From Minisyncoccota bacterium (GTDB lineage Bacteria; Patescibacteriota; Minisyncoccia; Phycocordibacterales; CSBR16-193), in NCBI GenBank assembly GCA_040905715.1, contig JBBDRA010000002.1, forward strand, positions 3,746-67,745: a DNA stretch of 64,000 bases, read 5' to 3'. Position numbers and translations under genes: made by a program. Of the stretch, positions 17,133-27,803 are shown one piece after another. Below the pieces are notes generated by a model. The model searched no databases. It saw only the letters and a program-made list of their open reading frames with translations, and was not told the DNA's origin. Position 1 is the stretch's first letter, and every line of letters begins with the position of its first letter.

Positions 17133-19901
17133 TCATTTCCGATATCGCTTTTGGATCATCTCCTCTACAACTGTCCGATCTTCGCCATACGTCAGATACG
17201 AGAGCTGCTTCATTCTCTCAGCATGTTCGTAATCACCCTCTGTAGGTGCCTGGGTCGCGATCGAGAAAGGCTTGACCGGTTCACCACCGACCAGCATACG
17301 AATGTAGGCATTGCGATTCTGCACGTTCATGAGGTCCTGCGAATGTACGGTTGGTTGGAATTGATGCTCAAGAAACTCTGCATCATCCGAACCAATACGA
17401 AATGAACACATTGAACCCACGTTACCAAAGATAGAGTCTTTAATTCCTTCGTCAAGCTGCGCAATGTACTGGTGAGCAACGTTAAGGCTGAGCTTGTACT
17501 TACGCGCCTCCGAAAGGATCGTTGAAATAGAATCAGTTGTTACATTCTGAAACTCATCAATATAGAGATAGAACGGATCGATCTCACCTTTACCGTACCG
17601 GTCAACCCGTGAGAGTGTTGCCATTAAGATCTTGCCGACAATAATAAGTCCAAGCAGGTTCGCGTTCAAGTCGCCGAGTGTTCCCTTCGCCAGGTTCACC
17701 AAAAGGATCTTTCGGCTGTCCATTACTTCACGAAAATTGAAACTCGAGTATTCCTGAGAGATGATCGGTCGCATGATGTCGTTTGACATAAAGACATCGA
17801 ACTTACTGGTGATGTATGGCACGATATTCTGCAAGCTCGCCTCACCGCCTGCTTTGCCGGCTACTTCCTCCCAGAACTGGTTAACCACTGAGTTGTTGCT
17901 ATTGGCGATCTTTTGTTTACGAAACGCATCATCAGTCAGAACTCGTGAAATGTCGAGCATTGTGTTCCCACTATCCGGATGTTCCACAACCAACATCGCC
18001 GCATTACGAAAATACTGTTCGAACATCGGCCCCATCGACTCCGGCACGCTCGAGTATAGTTTCTGGAATATTTTGAAAAGCTCATTGACCACGAACGTCT
18101 TCTGCTCCGGGTGTGCCGGATCGTACTCAAGCATATTGAGACCCATCGGTCGCTCGGTATAACTAGGGTCAAAGTAGATCACATCCTGCATACGCTCTTT
18201 GGGGACCGCCGAAAGAACATCCTGGACATCAGCCCCATGAGGATCGATAAAACAGAGACCTTCCCCGTTTTGTATATCCTGCACCATCATATTTTTCAAC
18301 AACGTGGTCTTACCGGTACCGGTCTGACCGATAACGTAGAAGTGACGCAGACGATCATCGGCACTCATCTTTATCTCCTGCTCCTGATTTCGGTGCTTAT
18401 TCACGCCCAAAAGGATCCCTTCTTTTGAAAGTCCCGCCGGAGCCGGCACACTCACCCCTTTAGTCTCTTTAAGCTGAGATGGCCCTTTAAGACCCAGAGT
18501 CTCAAAGTGAATAATGCTCGTAAGTTCGGTCGTGTTAAGCGGAAGGCTGGACGCATCCTCAAATTTACGAAACGCAAAATTATTGATCAGTTTCTGCATC
18601 TTGCCCCGCTTCATACGCCGAAAACCAAACGTGTTACCGTTGGTGTTCTCGAACTGATTGAACGCTGATTCCATGTCTGAAAGGATCGTCTCAGCCTCGT
18701 GCTGCGTGCGAGACGATGCGATCAGACGAATGTTAGTGCGCATCAATGGGCTGGCGATCTTTGTCTCGATCTGCTCTATAGCGTTTTGATCAACCTCTTT
18801 CGGCTCATCCTGTTTTTCGTCGTCCTTTTTCTTGGTTGAACTAGAGAAAAATTCAAAGAAGCCGCTCGCAACATCTCGAGTCATCTCGCCGACCACATTA
18901 AGCATCGCATTCTTTGTTGCATCGTTTACCGACACACCTTTCTTTATCGCGGAAATTGCCTCGTCATATTTGCTTTTAATATTCGCAACTCCTTCCGTGG
19001 AGATCACTATCTGTACCGCCGCACCTTCACCATCGCGGTCAACGTTCGTAAAGCTGTTGAGGATCACGTTCATCGGGTCGTGATCGAACGATTCATAGGT
19101 TTTGATCGGATACGCGGGATTATGCTCAAAGACCGCAACCGAACCGGCGGTAGCACCCTCGTAATTAAAAATATTGTAGTCGTCCGGCGCCTCGCGTACT
19201 TGTGCGTCTGAATACACCGAGAGGATCTGCTTATGAAAAAGCTCGGCCTTCTCGCTCGGCACAGAGACATAGAAACTATACTCATCGGCACTGTCCGGCA
19301 ACGCAAGCTCAATCGTGAATGACGACTGCCCGGTCTCAGATCGGGTTGCAGAGCGCATACCGGCAAAGAACTGCTCCATTGACGAGAGCAGGTCTTGAAG
19401 AGGTTTTTGATTGTCTTCCTCGTTGTATTCACGAGGAAGAACGACCTCATAGAGCGTATGCCGAAGCGAGCGCGCCAGCGGGGACTTGGGTTTCAAGCCA
19501 TTAATGCTATACCCCTCTCTAAGGTACTCCACCAAAAAACGATGGAAGTCGTCCTCAAGGTGCGGATTATTCATCTTTTCGATGATCGCCAGCGTATTCT
19601 TAACCCCCTTCTCGTGGACCATCTCAATGAATTCGGCCATCTGTGTATCGTGCTCTTCCGGCGCAAGGTCAAGCGCGATCTTTTCAGCACCCTCGTCTGA
19701 TTCTTGGAACTGACGAATCACGACGCCGTCCGCGCTCTCTGCACGGTATTCACGAACAACGTCATTTGCCGCCTCATCCGTATCTTTGCCTGCTTCAGCG
19801 TATGAGCGCTCACGCTCCGCCACCTCACGCCGGAGGTGTTCACGCTCTTCGCTCAAAGATCGAAACGGCTGTTCCGGTTTTTTTAGGTGCGCATCTTCCA
19901 T
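17133..19901 (-). CDS. DUF87/TraG-VirD4/HerA-like P-loop ATPase
   Basis: DRLRHFYVIGQTGTGKT, IDPHG, FYLYIDEFQN, LSEARKY.L…AHQYIAQL, IFGNVGS. Confidence 0.88.
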   Translation of the reverse strand: MEDAHLKKPEQPFRSLSEEREHLRREVAERERSYAEAGKDTDEAANDVVREYRAESADGVVIRQFQESDEGAEKIALDLAPEEHDTQMAEFIEMVHEKGVKNTLAIIEKMNNPHLEDDFHRFLVEYLREGYSINGLKPKSPLARSLRHTLYEVVLPREYNEEDNQKPLQDLLSSMEQFFAGMRSATRSETGQSSFTIELALPDSADEYSFYVSVPSEKAELFHKQILSVYSDAQVREAPDDYNIFNYEGATAGSVAVFEHNPAYPIKTYESFDHDPMNVILNSFTNVDRDGEGAAVQIVISTEGVANIKSKYDEAISAIKKGVSVNDATKNAMLNVVGEMTRDVASGFFEFFSSSTKKKDDEKQDEPKEVDQNAIEQIETKIASPLMRTNIRLIASSRTQHEAETILSDMESAFNQFENTNGNTFGFRRMKRGKMQKLINNFAFRKFEDASSLPLNTTELTSIIHFETLGLKGPSQLKETKGVSVPAPAGLSKEGILLGVNKHRNQEQEIKMSADDRLRHFYVIGQTGTGKTTLLKNMMVQDIQNGEGLCFIDPHGADVQDVLSAVPKERMQDVIYFDPSYTERPMGLNMLEYDPAHPEQKTFVVNELFKIFQKLYSSVPESMGPMFEQYFRNAAMLVVEHPDSGNTMLDISRVLTDDAFRKQKIANSNNSVVNQFWEEVAGKAGGEASLQNIVPYITSKFDVFMSNDIMRPIISQEYSSFNFREVMDSRKILLVNLAKGTLGDLNANLLGLIIVGKILMATLSRVDRYGKGEIDPFYLYIDEFQNVTTDSISTILSEARKYKLSLNVAHQYIAQLDEGIKDSIFGNVGSMCSFRIGSDDAEFLEHQFQPTVHSQDLMNVQNRNAYIRMLVGGEPVKPFSIATQAPTEGDYEHAERMKQLSYLTYGEDRTVVEEMIQKRYRK

Positions 19902-20004
19902 TACCTCCCTATTGTACCGCAGATCCGCGCAACCGTATGTTGAAAACCATTCAAATAAAAACAGCTCGGTAGCACCGAGCTGTTTTTATTTACCTTATTT
20001 TCAT

Positions 20005-20301
20005 TTACTCATCATCTTTGTCGTAATCCGTCTCATCAGGATTTTCTTCATCACTGAACAATTCTCCCCCGAAATACGCTTCATCCAACACTTTTGCCAT
20101 ATCCTGAAGCTTAGAATCCCCTTCCTCTCCGGCCTGTTTGATCAGACCCATGATCTCTTCTTTACTCTTACCGGATTCCGCAATGAGCTCATCTAGATCA
20201 GGCGTCCTGTGATCATAGAGCTCAAAAAGCATCTCAATATTTGCTTTCGTGCCTTCGTAAACTTCAACACCTTTATCTAATGACATTCCATCGATACTCA
20301 T
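20005..20301 (-). CDS. Hypothetical acidic protein
   Basis: 98-aa ORF, co-oriented with its neighbours. Confidence 0.6.
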   Translation of the reverse strand: MSIDGMSLDKGVEVYEGTKANIEMLFELYDHRTPDLDELIAESGKSKEEIMGLIKQAGEEGDSKLQDMAKVLDEAYFGGELFSDEENPDETDYDKDDE

Positions 20302-20404
20302 GTGCCCAAATGTTATTTGCTTCTGATAACTTAGTCAACGATTCTAACAAAGAAATCAGTAAAGTAAAGAAAGGTGGGGATAACCTAGTGTGACAATCTA
20401 AAAG

Positions 20405-20437
20405 TTTAACGGCTCACATTACATGTGAGCCGTTAAA
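20405..20437. terminator. Hairpin of the same family as 14226-14270
   Basis: TTTAACGGCTCACAT-TAC-ATGTGAGCCGTTAAA. Confidence 0.65.
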
Positions 20438-20458
20438 TCCTCTCGAATATTCTCTTAT

Positions 20459-20746
20459 TTATGAATTTGAGGCCTTTTTTTCTTCCCGATCCAGCTCTGC
20501 CATCGCCTCACTTTCCTGCTTATCAATATCGCCCAGAAGCTTCATAGCCTCATCGAGTGTTTCGGCGTACTCTTCATTAAGATCGGTCATATACTGCATA
20601 TACGCGACCAGCATCTTCACCACCTGCTCACCCTGCTCCTTATCGCTTATCGGCCGGGAAACCAGCTCCTGGATCGCGACCTTCGCTTCGTCAAACTTCT
20701 CTTGTTCTAGAAGCGCTTTAACATCTTGAGTGACAGTGTTACTCAT
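20459..20746 (-). CDS. Hypothetical helical protein
   Basis: Start ATG overlaps the upstream stop (ATGAGTAA), suggesting translational coupling. Confidence 0.65.
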   Translation of the reverse strand: MSNTVTQDVKALLEQEKFDEAKVAIQELVSRPISDKEQGEQVVKMLVAYMQYMTDLNEEYAETLDEAMKLLGDIDKQESEAMAELDREEKKASNS

Positions 20747-23612
20747 GTTTATTTTGCTTATCGATACGGGCAATATGTTCGTTTATGATATCTATTTTAC
20801 AATCACGGCATTCATCTTCAGCGAGTTTCTCGTCCTCAAGCATCTCGCGTAATGCCACTACAACCTCATCGCGGTACCTTCGCACGGTCGCTGCATCCTT
20901 TCCTTCTGCTCGATCAGTAACACGTCTCAACCTGGCAGAAAGACCGTTTCCGAAGAAAGGATGCACCGGAGTATTCAAAACAGTATTCCTCACATCTTCC
21001 TTCACTAGCGGCAAAAACAACTTCTCGTAGTATTCCTTCAGGAACTTTTTCTCTTCAGAAGTTAGCTCATTCTTTGCTGCAATATCACGGGCTTGAGCCT
21101 TAAGAGCTTCCTTCTCTTTATCGCTCATTTCACTTGCCTCACTTTGACTCAGTGTGTGATACGCTTCAGCAAAAGACTCACCGGCAGTATCATGAACCTG
21201 TCGAGCTCCAGTGACCATATCAGCCGCTTTCCTCCGCAGGTTCTGGAACTTTTCGTGAAGAGCTTCGCGCTCTGACCCTTCTATTCTATCTGATCTGGTC
21301 GGCCACTCGCCGCGATCCTGAAGCTCCAGCTGAACGAGTCGCATCTCAGCGCGTATCTCTCGTACATCCTTTCGACGCCACGCACCGATACCAAGAACGT
21401 CGTGCACGGTTCGTTGAGCTTCCTGCTGTGCTTTGTATTTCTTAGAGAAGAGAGCGAAGACCGGAAGCATGAACCCGACACCGCTAAGAAATTCCATTGG
21501 CTTCTGCGCATCATCCAGAAGCTTGTGTCGTTTCAAGAGCTCCTTAACCTGCATCTCCTTGCGTGCGACCGTCGCGATAGATTCAGTATATCGCTGAGTG
21601 ATACCCTCAAGTTTTTGAGCACGTTCCGGATTACTCTCGGCGAGTGCTCTCAAATACTCTTTTCCTTTTTCCAGCTGTTCTGGAGAAATTCCGACCTGCT
21701 CACCAAGCTCATCGAACATCTGTTCCAAACTCACCGGCACGGATTCAGCCCTACTCTCCCCGTTACCCGGAGTACCTTCTACACCAGATTCTCCATCCGG
21801 AGCACCTTCTTTCGAAGACTCCTTCAAACCGCCAGCCTCACGGCCCATCATATTATCCTCCTCGAAGAGCGCGTTGTAGTCGGTTTTCTTTTGAGGTTCT
21901 CGTGGCAACTCCTTCTCCTTGTCTTTGTCCGGCTCGGCTTTCTCTTCCGCCCCCCTTTCTATTTTCTCGCGCATCTGCTTTTCGAGGGCTATTACGTTTT
22001 TCACGCACTTTTGTATCTCAGCAGGAACATCTTTTGTGAGTCTGTTTTCGTCTCGCCGACTTAACGCAGCATACACCGAGCTGAACACACGTCGTTTGTT
22101 CAATGAGTGCGGAAACTGATCCGCGTCGATCCGCAACACCGCGTCGATCACATCTTCTCGAGTGGGATTCACCATGTTTTCAAACGCTTCAGGTCCATAC
22201 CCTTTGCGCTCCCCTTCGGCTGACTGTTCTGTTGGCCCTTTCTTTTCTTGTACTTTTTCCCCTTTCTCACTTGTTTCTTTATCTCCACGCTGTTCCCACT
22301 CGTCCCATCTCATCATCTGTCCTTGTTCACTAAAACGATTCGGCCAGACGATCTTACCGCGCCCTCCGGAAGAAGGCTGATCCAGCTTAATCTCGGCAGC
22401 TTCATCAGTATCTGGCTGTGTCGACTCTTGATGCCCCGTTCCTCCCTCGACATCTCCTGTTTCAACCTCAAGATCAGCAACGGTCTGCGCTTTGTTTTTA
22501 TCAATAACTTCCTGCACTTTTTGTCGAAGCGCGCCAAGCGGCGGCGTCCTACGTACCACCTCATTACCAAGATCCTCTCTCACCGCAGACCATATAACGT
22601 CAGGCGATACCTGTACATCCTCGGGATCGGTTTCTATGGTTGTAACGTACTCTCTTGCTATCGGACCTACCTCATAAATAGTATCTTTGATCTTTTGTGG
22701 GGACGGATATTTCATCCTATCAAATTCATAGAACGGTCCGTCTTTCATCCATGGTTTCTCTTGCACGCCGCGCGGCCCACCCTTCTTTGAGGGCGGAGTA
22801 GTATCAATAACAACATCCTCATGCTCACCATCCGGCAACCTGACCTGCGAACGTCGCTTCACATATATCGTTGACCTTCGGGCATTATAAAGCACAGTGA
22901 GTAAGGCACCCGCCTCAACGGTCACATGAACATCTTCCAAATTTTCTACGATCCAGTGCTCTCCTGCGGGAACCGTTTCCCCATCAGGAATTTTAGTAAA
23001 TTCTTGTTTCTCTAACAGGTCATCAGTCTTCTCTTCCTCTGGCTCTGGCCCTGTATTTTGATTTGTTTCATTACCCAAAGACCGCTCTCTGCCCTCACTC
23101 TTCGGTGGTTTCTGTAGGTTATGACGACGAACGGGCCGCACCAGCTCCCGTGCCTCTTTAGCGTCGGGTGATTCATGAAACGGCACGGCGCGAGTCCATG
23201 CATGTATACCACCATGCTTTTCTTTATTTTCTCCTCCTTCGTTTTCTTTCTCTTGTGCAAGCTTTTCTTTTAGTTGCTGTCGTTTATTTTCGATCGCCGT
23301 TCGCAATAGTGGATATAGCGACCCCGGTTGTGGATTCATCTCTTCAAGCTCGATATCCTTATCTAAATCAGAAATATTTTTTTCTACCTGTTCATCAATA
23401 AACTCATTCCACTTTTCTTTTTCATCATCATTAAAATCAGCAGCTTTATCTATTGCAGCATGGATGCTTTCTACAGTGGCTTCCTCCACATTCCACAACT
23501 GCTCCTGAAACCCGTCAGGGATTCGCTTCCTCCCCGACTCATGCTGAATAGCGAGTTTCTTTTCACGGTTGATGTTTACCGGTCGGCCTTCCGGTTTTTC
23601 TGGAGATGTCAT
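20739..23612 (-). CDS. Large hypothetical charged/low-complexity protein
   Basis: 957-aa ORF, E/K-rich, one hydrophobic segment (FLSGVGFMLPVFALFS). Confidence 0.75.
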   Translation of the reverse strand: MTSPEKPEGRPVNINREKKLAIQHESGRKRIPDGFQEQLWNVEEATVESIHAAIDKAADFNDDEKEKWNEFIDEQVEKNISDLDKDIELEEMNPQPGSLYPLLRTAIENKRQQLKEKLAQEKENEGGENKEKHGGIHAWTRAVPFHESPDAKEARELVRPVRRHNLQKPPKSEGRERSLGNETNQNTGPEPEEEKTDDLLEKQEFTKIPDGETVPAGEHWIVENLEDVHVTVEAGALLTVLYNARRSTIYVKRRSQVRLPDGEHEDVVIDTTPPSKKGGPRGVQEKPWMKDGPFYEFDRMKYPSPQKIKDTIYEVGPIAREYVTTIETDPEDVQVSPDVIWSAVREDLGNEVVRRTPPLGALRQKVQEVIDKNKAQTVADLEVETGDVEGGTGHQESTQPDTDEAAEIKLDQPSSGGRGKIVWPNRFSEQGQMMRWDEWEQRGDKETSEKGEKVQEKKGPTEQSAEGERKGYGPEAFENMVNPTREDVIDAVLRIDADQFPHSLNKRRVFSSVYAALSRRDENRLTKDVPAEIQKCVKNVIALEKQMREKIERGAEEKAEPDKDKEKELPREPQKKTDYNALFEEDNMMGREAGGLKESSKEGAPDGESGVEGTPGNGESRAESVPVSLEQMFDELGEQVGISPEQLEKGKEYLRALAESNPERAQKLEGITQRYTESIATVARKEMQVKELLKRHKLLDDAQKPMEFLSGVGFMLPVFALFSKKYKAQQEAQRTVHDVLGIGAWRRKDVREIRAEMRLVQLELQDRGEWPTRSDRIEGSEREALHEKFQNLRRKAADMVTGARQVHDTAGESFAEAYHTLSQSEASEMSDKEKEALKAQARDIAAKNELTSEEKKFLKEYYEKLFLPLVKEDVRNTVLNTPVHPFFGNGLSARLRRVTDRAEGKDAATVRRYRDEVVVALREMLEDEKLAEDECRDCKIDIINEHIARIDKQNKHE

Positions 23613-23658
23613 ACTACGGTAAGTATATCAAATGAAGGCCTATTATGATGAGGATAAC

Positions 23659-24444
23659 TTATTCTGTTGTGTCAGGCACTCGGGTCAGCACCTCCGGACC
23701 GTTCTCAGTTATAGCAATAGTGTGTTCAAAATGAGCTGAAAGAGATCCGTCAGCAGTTCGTATAGTAAAGCCGTCGCTGTCGGTTGAGATATCATCCGTA
23801 CCCATTGTGAGCATTGGCTCGATCGCGATCACGAGTCCCGCCTCAAGGCGCTCGCCGTGCCCCGGCGTACCGGTGTTTGGCACAAACGGCTCTTCATGCA
23901 CCTCGTGGCCGACACCGTGGCCGGCCAGACCACGCGAGAGTGCGTAGCCATGGGGGCGCACGAATGTCTCGATCGCGCTACCGATATCACCGGTTGTTGC
24001 GCCTTGCTCCGCCGCCTGAATACCATGCTCCAGTGATTCCCGCGTCACCCGCAAAAGATCTTCGGCACTCGGGTCGATCTTTCCCACACCCAACGTTACT
24101 GCTGAGTCGGTGATCAGATCATTATATACCAGCCCCATATCAATAGTTACAATATCTCCTTCTTGAAGAGTGTAATCCCTCTCATTGGGTATGCCGTGAA
24201 CGATCACGTCGTTGACGGATACACACAACGCGGCCGGATACGGACGAGGGGCACCCGAAGGTTGGTACTTGAAAAACGCCGGCGTACCGCCATGCTTTTC
24301 GGCGAGAACATGAGCATGCTCATTAATGGACGACGTAGTTACTCCCGGCCCTATTTCTTCGGCGAGCGTCGATAAAATTTGAGCGAGCCGCCCTCCTCCT
24401 TCGCGCAGTTCTTTGATCTCGGCAGGTGTTTTTAGTTGAATCAT
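23659..24444 (-). CDS. map: Methionine aminopeptidase type I
   Basis: CVSVNDVIVHGIP, DSAVT, GHGVG.EVHEEP, AIEPM, SAHFEHT. Confidence 0.97.
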   Translation of the reverse strand: MIQLKTPAEIKELREGGGRLAQILSTLAEEIGPGVTTSSINEHAHVLAEKHGGTPAFFKYQPSGAPRPYPAALCVSVNDVIVHGIPNERDYTLQEGDIVTIDMGLVYNDLITDSAVTLGVGKIDPSAEDLLRVTRESLEHGIQAAEQGATTGDIGSAIETFVRPHGYALSRGLAGHGVGHEVHEEPFVPNTGTPGHGERLEAGLVIAIEPMLTMGTDDISTDSDGFTIRTADGSLSAHFEHTIAITENGPEVLTRVPDTTE

Positions 24445-24530
24445 GATCTATGTATTATACGTCTTTGCTGTCACAATCCGAATACTCCCTACAATCTAGC
24501 ACAGACAGCCACGTCCAAAAAGAAAAAGTC

Positions 24531-24586
24531 AATAAAATATTAGAGTTATATTAGAGTTAACTCTAATATAACTCTAATATTTTATT
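24531..24586. repeat. 56-bp perfect palindrome built from 11-bp ATTAGAGTTA[T/A] units
   Basis: AATAAAATATTAGAGTTATATTAGAGTT|AACTCTAATATAACTCTAATATTTTATT, directly after the pyrH stop. Confidence 0.85.
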
Positions 24587-25291
24587 TTACACACGTCCAT
24601 CGTTTCGAATCACCGTGCCGACGAAATTGTTACCTTCGAAGTAATCACGTACATTCTCGATCCGACCGTTTAAAATGCCTACTTCAAGGTCAAATTCTTC
24701 TGCTGCTTTTGCGGCAATGGGGTCAAACGGCGCGCTGAGACCGGGGTCCCACGTAGTCGGCAAAAGGGTGCGGAACCGGGCCCAGTCTGTCTTCTCTATC
24801 TTTACCGCATCAGCATGCTCATTTGGATCCTTATCATATACATACTCAACATTTGAAAGGTTCAATACTCTTCTGGCGCCGAACTTCTTAGCGAACTGGA
24901 CTGCAACATAGTCCGTACTCCAGCCCGGCTTCCAGCCGGCACCGATCGTGATCGGTTCATTCGGCCGTACAATCTCCTTTTCCGGATCGAACAGTATATC
25001 CGAGTGTGCCCGGTCACCAAACGCCATTTTGAGGAACTGCGCATTGAGACGTGTAGCGTGAATACCTATCCAGTCCAATTCTGTATTTTCTACACTCCGA
25101 ATGTGGGACAAAGCCTCTTGATACCGTCGCGCAACCTTTCCCCCACCGGTGATAATAAAAAATCGTTTACCCTGATCAGTAAACGATGAAACGAGATCTA
25201 CAAATTGCCTCACAAAATCTGAATCGACAGTGTCAGGAGCAATGAGTGATCCTCCGAGTGAAATGACAATTGTTTCAGATTCTGATGACAT
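24587..25291 (-). CDS. pyrH: UMP kinase (archaeal-like type)
   Basis: ISLGGSL, GGGKVARRYQ, DWIGIHATRLNA, PGWSTDYVA, FDPIAA. Confidence 0.93.
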   Translation of the reverse strand: MSSESETIVISLGGSLIAPDTVDSDFVRQFVDLVSSFTDQGKRFFIITGGGKVARRYQEALSHIRSVENTELDWIGIHATRLNAQFLKMAFGDRAHSDILFDPEKEIVRPNEPITIGAGWKPGWSTDYVAVQFAKKFGARRVLNLSNVEYVYDKDPNEHADAVKIEKTDWARFRTLLPTTWDPGLSAPFDPIAAKAAEEFDLEVGILNGRIENVRDYFEGNNFVGTVIRNDGRV

Positions 25292-25293
25292 AC

Positions 25294-25890
25294 TTAGACA
25301 AGCGCTAGTGATCCCATTAACTCCTGGTGAACCTCCTCTACTGATTGTTCACCGTTGATCTCATGGAACTGATAATAGTCATCTTCCCGATAAATATCAA
25401 TGGCCGGCTTAACTTCGCTTTCGTACCAGCTCAAACGATTAGAGATGCCCTCTTCGGTGTCGTCAGTGCGCGCCCGCTCCAGAAGCCGTCGCTTTGCTTC
25501 TTCGACACTTACATCGATAAGAATAATTTGAGGTTTTTTCCTCTTATAAAACTTCATGGCTGAATCAAGTGCCTGAGCCTCAGTTATTGTTCGTGGTGTT
25601 CCATCGATTATCAAATGCTCTTCGCCAGTGAAATTCTTTACCAACTCCTCTGCCCAAAGCCAAATAGCTAGAAATGGAGGTTGGAGTCCGCCTACGCTGT
25701 TTATCTCGGTCGAGATTTGAGCAGCCAAGGTATCTGCCTGGTTTTTCATGTACGCTCGGAAGTGGTCGCCGGTATAAAAGTGAAACTGCTTTCGATCGTC
25801 TGCCTTTGAAAGAGCTTCTCTGAGCAACTCTACCTGTGTTCCTTTACCGCTTCCGGACGGGCCGGCAAAAATAAACGTTTGTGGGTCCAT
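25294..25890 (-). CDS. adk: Adenylate/nucleoside monophosphate kinase (short, LID-less)
   Basis: GPSGSGKGTQ, DGTPR, R.RTDD; follows secY. Confidence 0.88.
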   Translation of the reverse strand: MDPQTFIFAGPSGSGKGTQVELLREALSKADDRKQFHFYTGDHFRAYMKNQADTLAAQISTEINSVGGLQPPFLAIWLWAEELVKNFTGEEHLIIDGTPRTITEAQALDSAMKFYKRKKPQIILIDVSVEEAKRRLLERARTDDTEEGISNRLSWYESEVKPAIDIYREDDYYQFHEINGEQSVEEVHQELMGSLALV

Positions 25891-25950
25891 GCTTACTATA
25901 TTTTATTAGTAAAACTCAACGTAGAAACAGCGCCCGAGAGGCGCTGTTTA

Positions 25951-27222
25951 CTAATACTGTCTAATACTTACTTGGGCATCCATTCTCTTCACCATATCAA
26001 CGACAACCGACACGACAATAAGCAGTGCCGTACCACCGATCGCAAACATAGGGTTGCCGGTTGCAGACTGCAGTGCCAGTGGCAATACCGCAACAACACC
26101 CAAAAACATTGCACTCACCAGCGTCAGTCGTGTCACAATAGACCCGACATACTGGGCGGTTGCCTGTCCGGGTCGAATGCCCGGCACAAACGCTCCTGAT
26201 TTCTGAAGATTAGTCGCAATCTTATCAGGATCGAAAGTTATAGCAGTGTAGAAGTACGTAAAACCGATCACCAAAAGGAAATAGAACGCCGCGTACAACC
26301 AACCGATCTCCATAAGCTCAAGACCTTGCTGGGCAATATTAGCGATAAATAGATTATTCACTCCGGCCAAAAAGTTGAAGATCATCTGCGGGAACAACAG
26401 GATAGAAAGCGCAAAGATGATCGGGATCACTCCGGCCTGATTTAACCGAAGCGGTAGATATGTTGAAACACCGCCGTATGTTTTCATGCCGCGCACCTGC
26501 TTCGCGTACGTGATCGGCACCGGCCGCTCGGCTTCGGTTACGATCACTACCGCTAATATGACCGCGAACGCGGCAATAGCGAAGCCAATGTACATCGGCA
26601 ACTGAGTGGTATCAAACGTTTGGTACAGATCGCCAACAGCACCCGGAAGGGCGGCGATAATACCGGCGAAGATCAGAAGAGATACACCGTTACCAACTCC
26701 GTACTCAGTGATCAACTCACCCAGCCACATCAGCAATAGCGATCCAGCGGTAATAACGATCACGTTTGTGACCGTGTCAAACGTGCCGAGACCTTGAACA
26801 ACTCCTTGGTTTGAAAGGAGTGTTAAAAATCCAAAAGACTGAATGAACGCCAGCGGCACAGTCAGTGTTCGTGTGTATTGACCAAACTTGCGTCTTCCGG
26901 CGTCACCTTCTTCGTGATACAGCTGCTTTACCTTGGGCGACATCACGGTCATCAACTGCATGATGATAGATGCAGTAATGTATGGACCAAGTCCAAGCAT
27001 TACAATAGAGAGGTTCGCCAGTCCACCTCCTGAAAATATATTGAGAAGTCCGAGGAATTGGTTATTGGAGAAAAGATTCTCTAACTGCCTAGCGTCAATA
27101 CCCGGGATCGGGATAGTAGCCAATATTCGAAATAAAATAAGAATACCGAGCGTAAAGAGAACTTTGCCGCGCAGAGTTGTGTCTTCAAAGATGAGACGGA
27201 TTTTTGTAAAAAAGGTTTGCAT
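25951..27222 (-). CDS. secY: Preprotein translocase SecY
   Basis: FSGGGL, LGLGPYITASII, GVGNGVSLLIFAGI, AGVIPIIFA, GAFVPGIRPG, GGTALLIVV. Confidence 0.98.
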   Translation of the reverse strand: MQTFFTKIRLIFEDTTLRGKVLFTLGILILFRILATIPIPGIDARQLENLFSNNQFLGLLNIFSGGGLANLSIVMLGLGPYITASIIMQLMTVMSPKVKQLYHEEGDAGRRKFGQYTRTLTVPLAFIQSFGFLTLLSNQGVVQGLGTFDTVTNVIVITAGSLLLMWLGELITEYGVGNGVSLLIFAGIIAALPGAVGDLYQTFDTTQLPMYIGFAIAAFAVILAVVIVTEAERPVPITYAKQVRGMKTYGGVSTYLPLRLNQAGVIPIIFALSILLFPQMIFNFLAGVNNLFIANIAQQGLELMEIGWLYAAFYFLLVIGFTYFYTAITFDPDKIATNLQKSGAFVPGIRPGQATAQYVGSIVTRLTLVSAMFLGVVAVLPLALQSATGNPMFAIGGTALLIVVSVVVDMVKRMDAQVSIRQY

Positions 27223-27266
27223 AGCTTACGTAATATAGTCTCTTTCCTCCATCCTCCAGAGCCATA

Positions 27267-27320
27267 GGAAAGTGTTCTTAAAGTGGTTGGGGGAGGGTCT
27301 GGGCTTTAAGAACACTTTCC
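27267..27320. repeat. Inverted repeat between rplO and secY
   Basis: GGAAAGTGTTCTTAAAG…CTTTAAGAACACTTTCC. Confidence 0.6.
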
Positions 27321-27332
27321 CTATTGCGACTT

Positions 27333-27773
27333 CTACTCTACTGTACCACCCGCTGCCTCGATCTTCTCGCGAGCTGTCGCCGAGACAACACAGCCGGTGA
27401 TCACCAATTTCTTCTTCAGATCACCGCGTCCGAGCACCTTCACTATCGGAACCTTTTTCCTAACCGGGGCAACTAACTTCATCTCCACCAAAACGTCCGG
27501 CGTCACGCTCTCACCGCTCTTGAATGCCTCTTGAAGCACATCAAGGTTAACAACTGCCGACGCTTCGCTTCGAGGAAGCAAGCGATGGGTGCTACGACCG
27601 CGCAGCTTAGGCAAACGCTTCATCTCGTCGCGTATCTCCGGACGGATCTTGTGGCCTGCCCGTGCCTTCTGACCTTTGGTGCCACGACCGGAGGTTTTAC
27701 CACGTTTGCCACCACGCCCAACCTGGCGGCTGGTTTGGTTTGGATGATTTCGTTGAATGTCGTGAAGTTGCAT
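27333..27773 (-). CDS. rplO: 50S ribosomal protein L15
   Basis: VGRGGKRGKTSGRGTKGQKAR, KIEAAGG. Confidence 0.97.
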   Translation of the reverse strand: MQLHDIQRNHPNQTSRQVGRGGKRGKTSGRGTKGQKARAGHKIRPEIRDEMKRLPKLRGRSTHRLLPRSEASAVVNLDVLQEAFKSGESVTPDVLVEMKLVAPVRKKVPIVKVLGRGDLKKKLVITGCVVSATAREKIEAAGGTVE

Positions 27774-27803
27774 AATACTAGGTTCTGACCACTGGCCTCA
27801 AAT

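Noticed and set aside
17133-19901. Conjugative element / ICE
   Set aside because: No relaxase, integrase or mating-pair genes nearby. Such ATPases are common chromosomal genes in CPR.
27774-27803. Missing rpmD (L30) between rpsE and rplO
   Set aside because: Real, but an already established CPR trait. Used only as taxonomic evidence.
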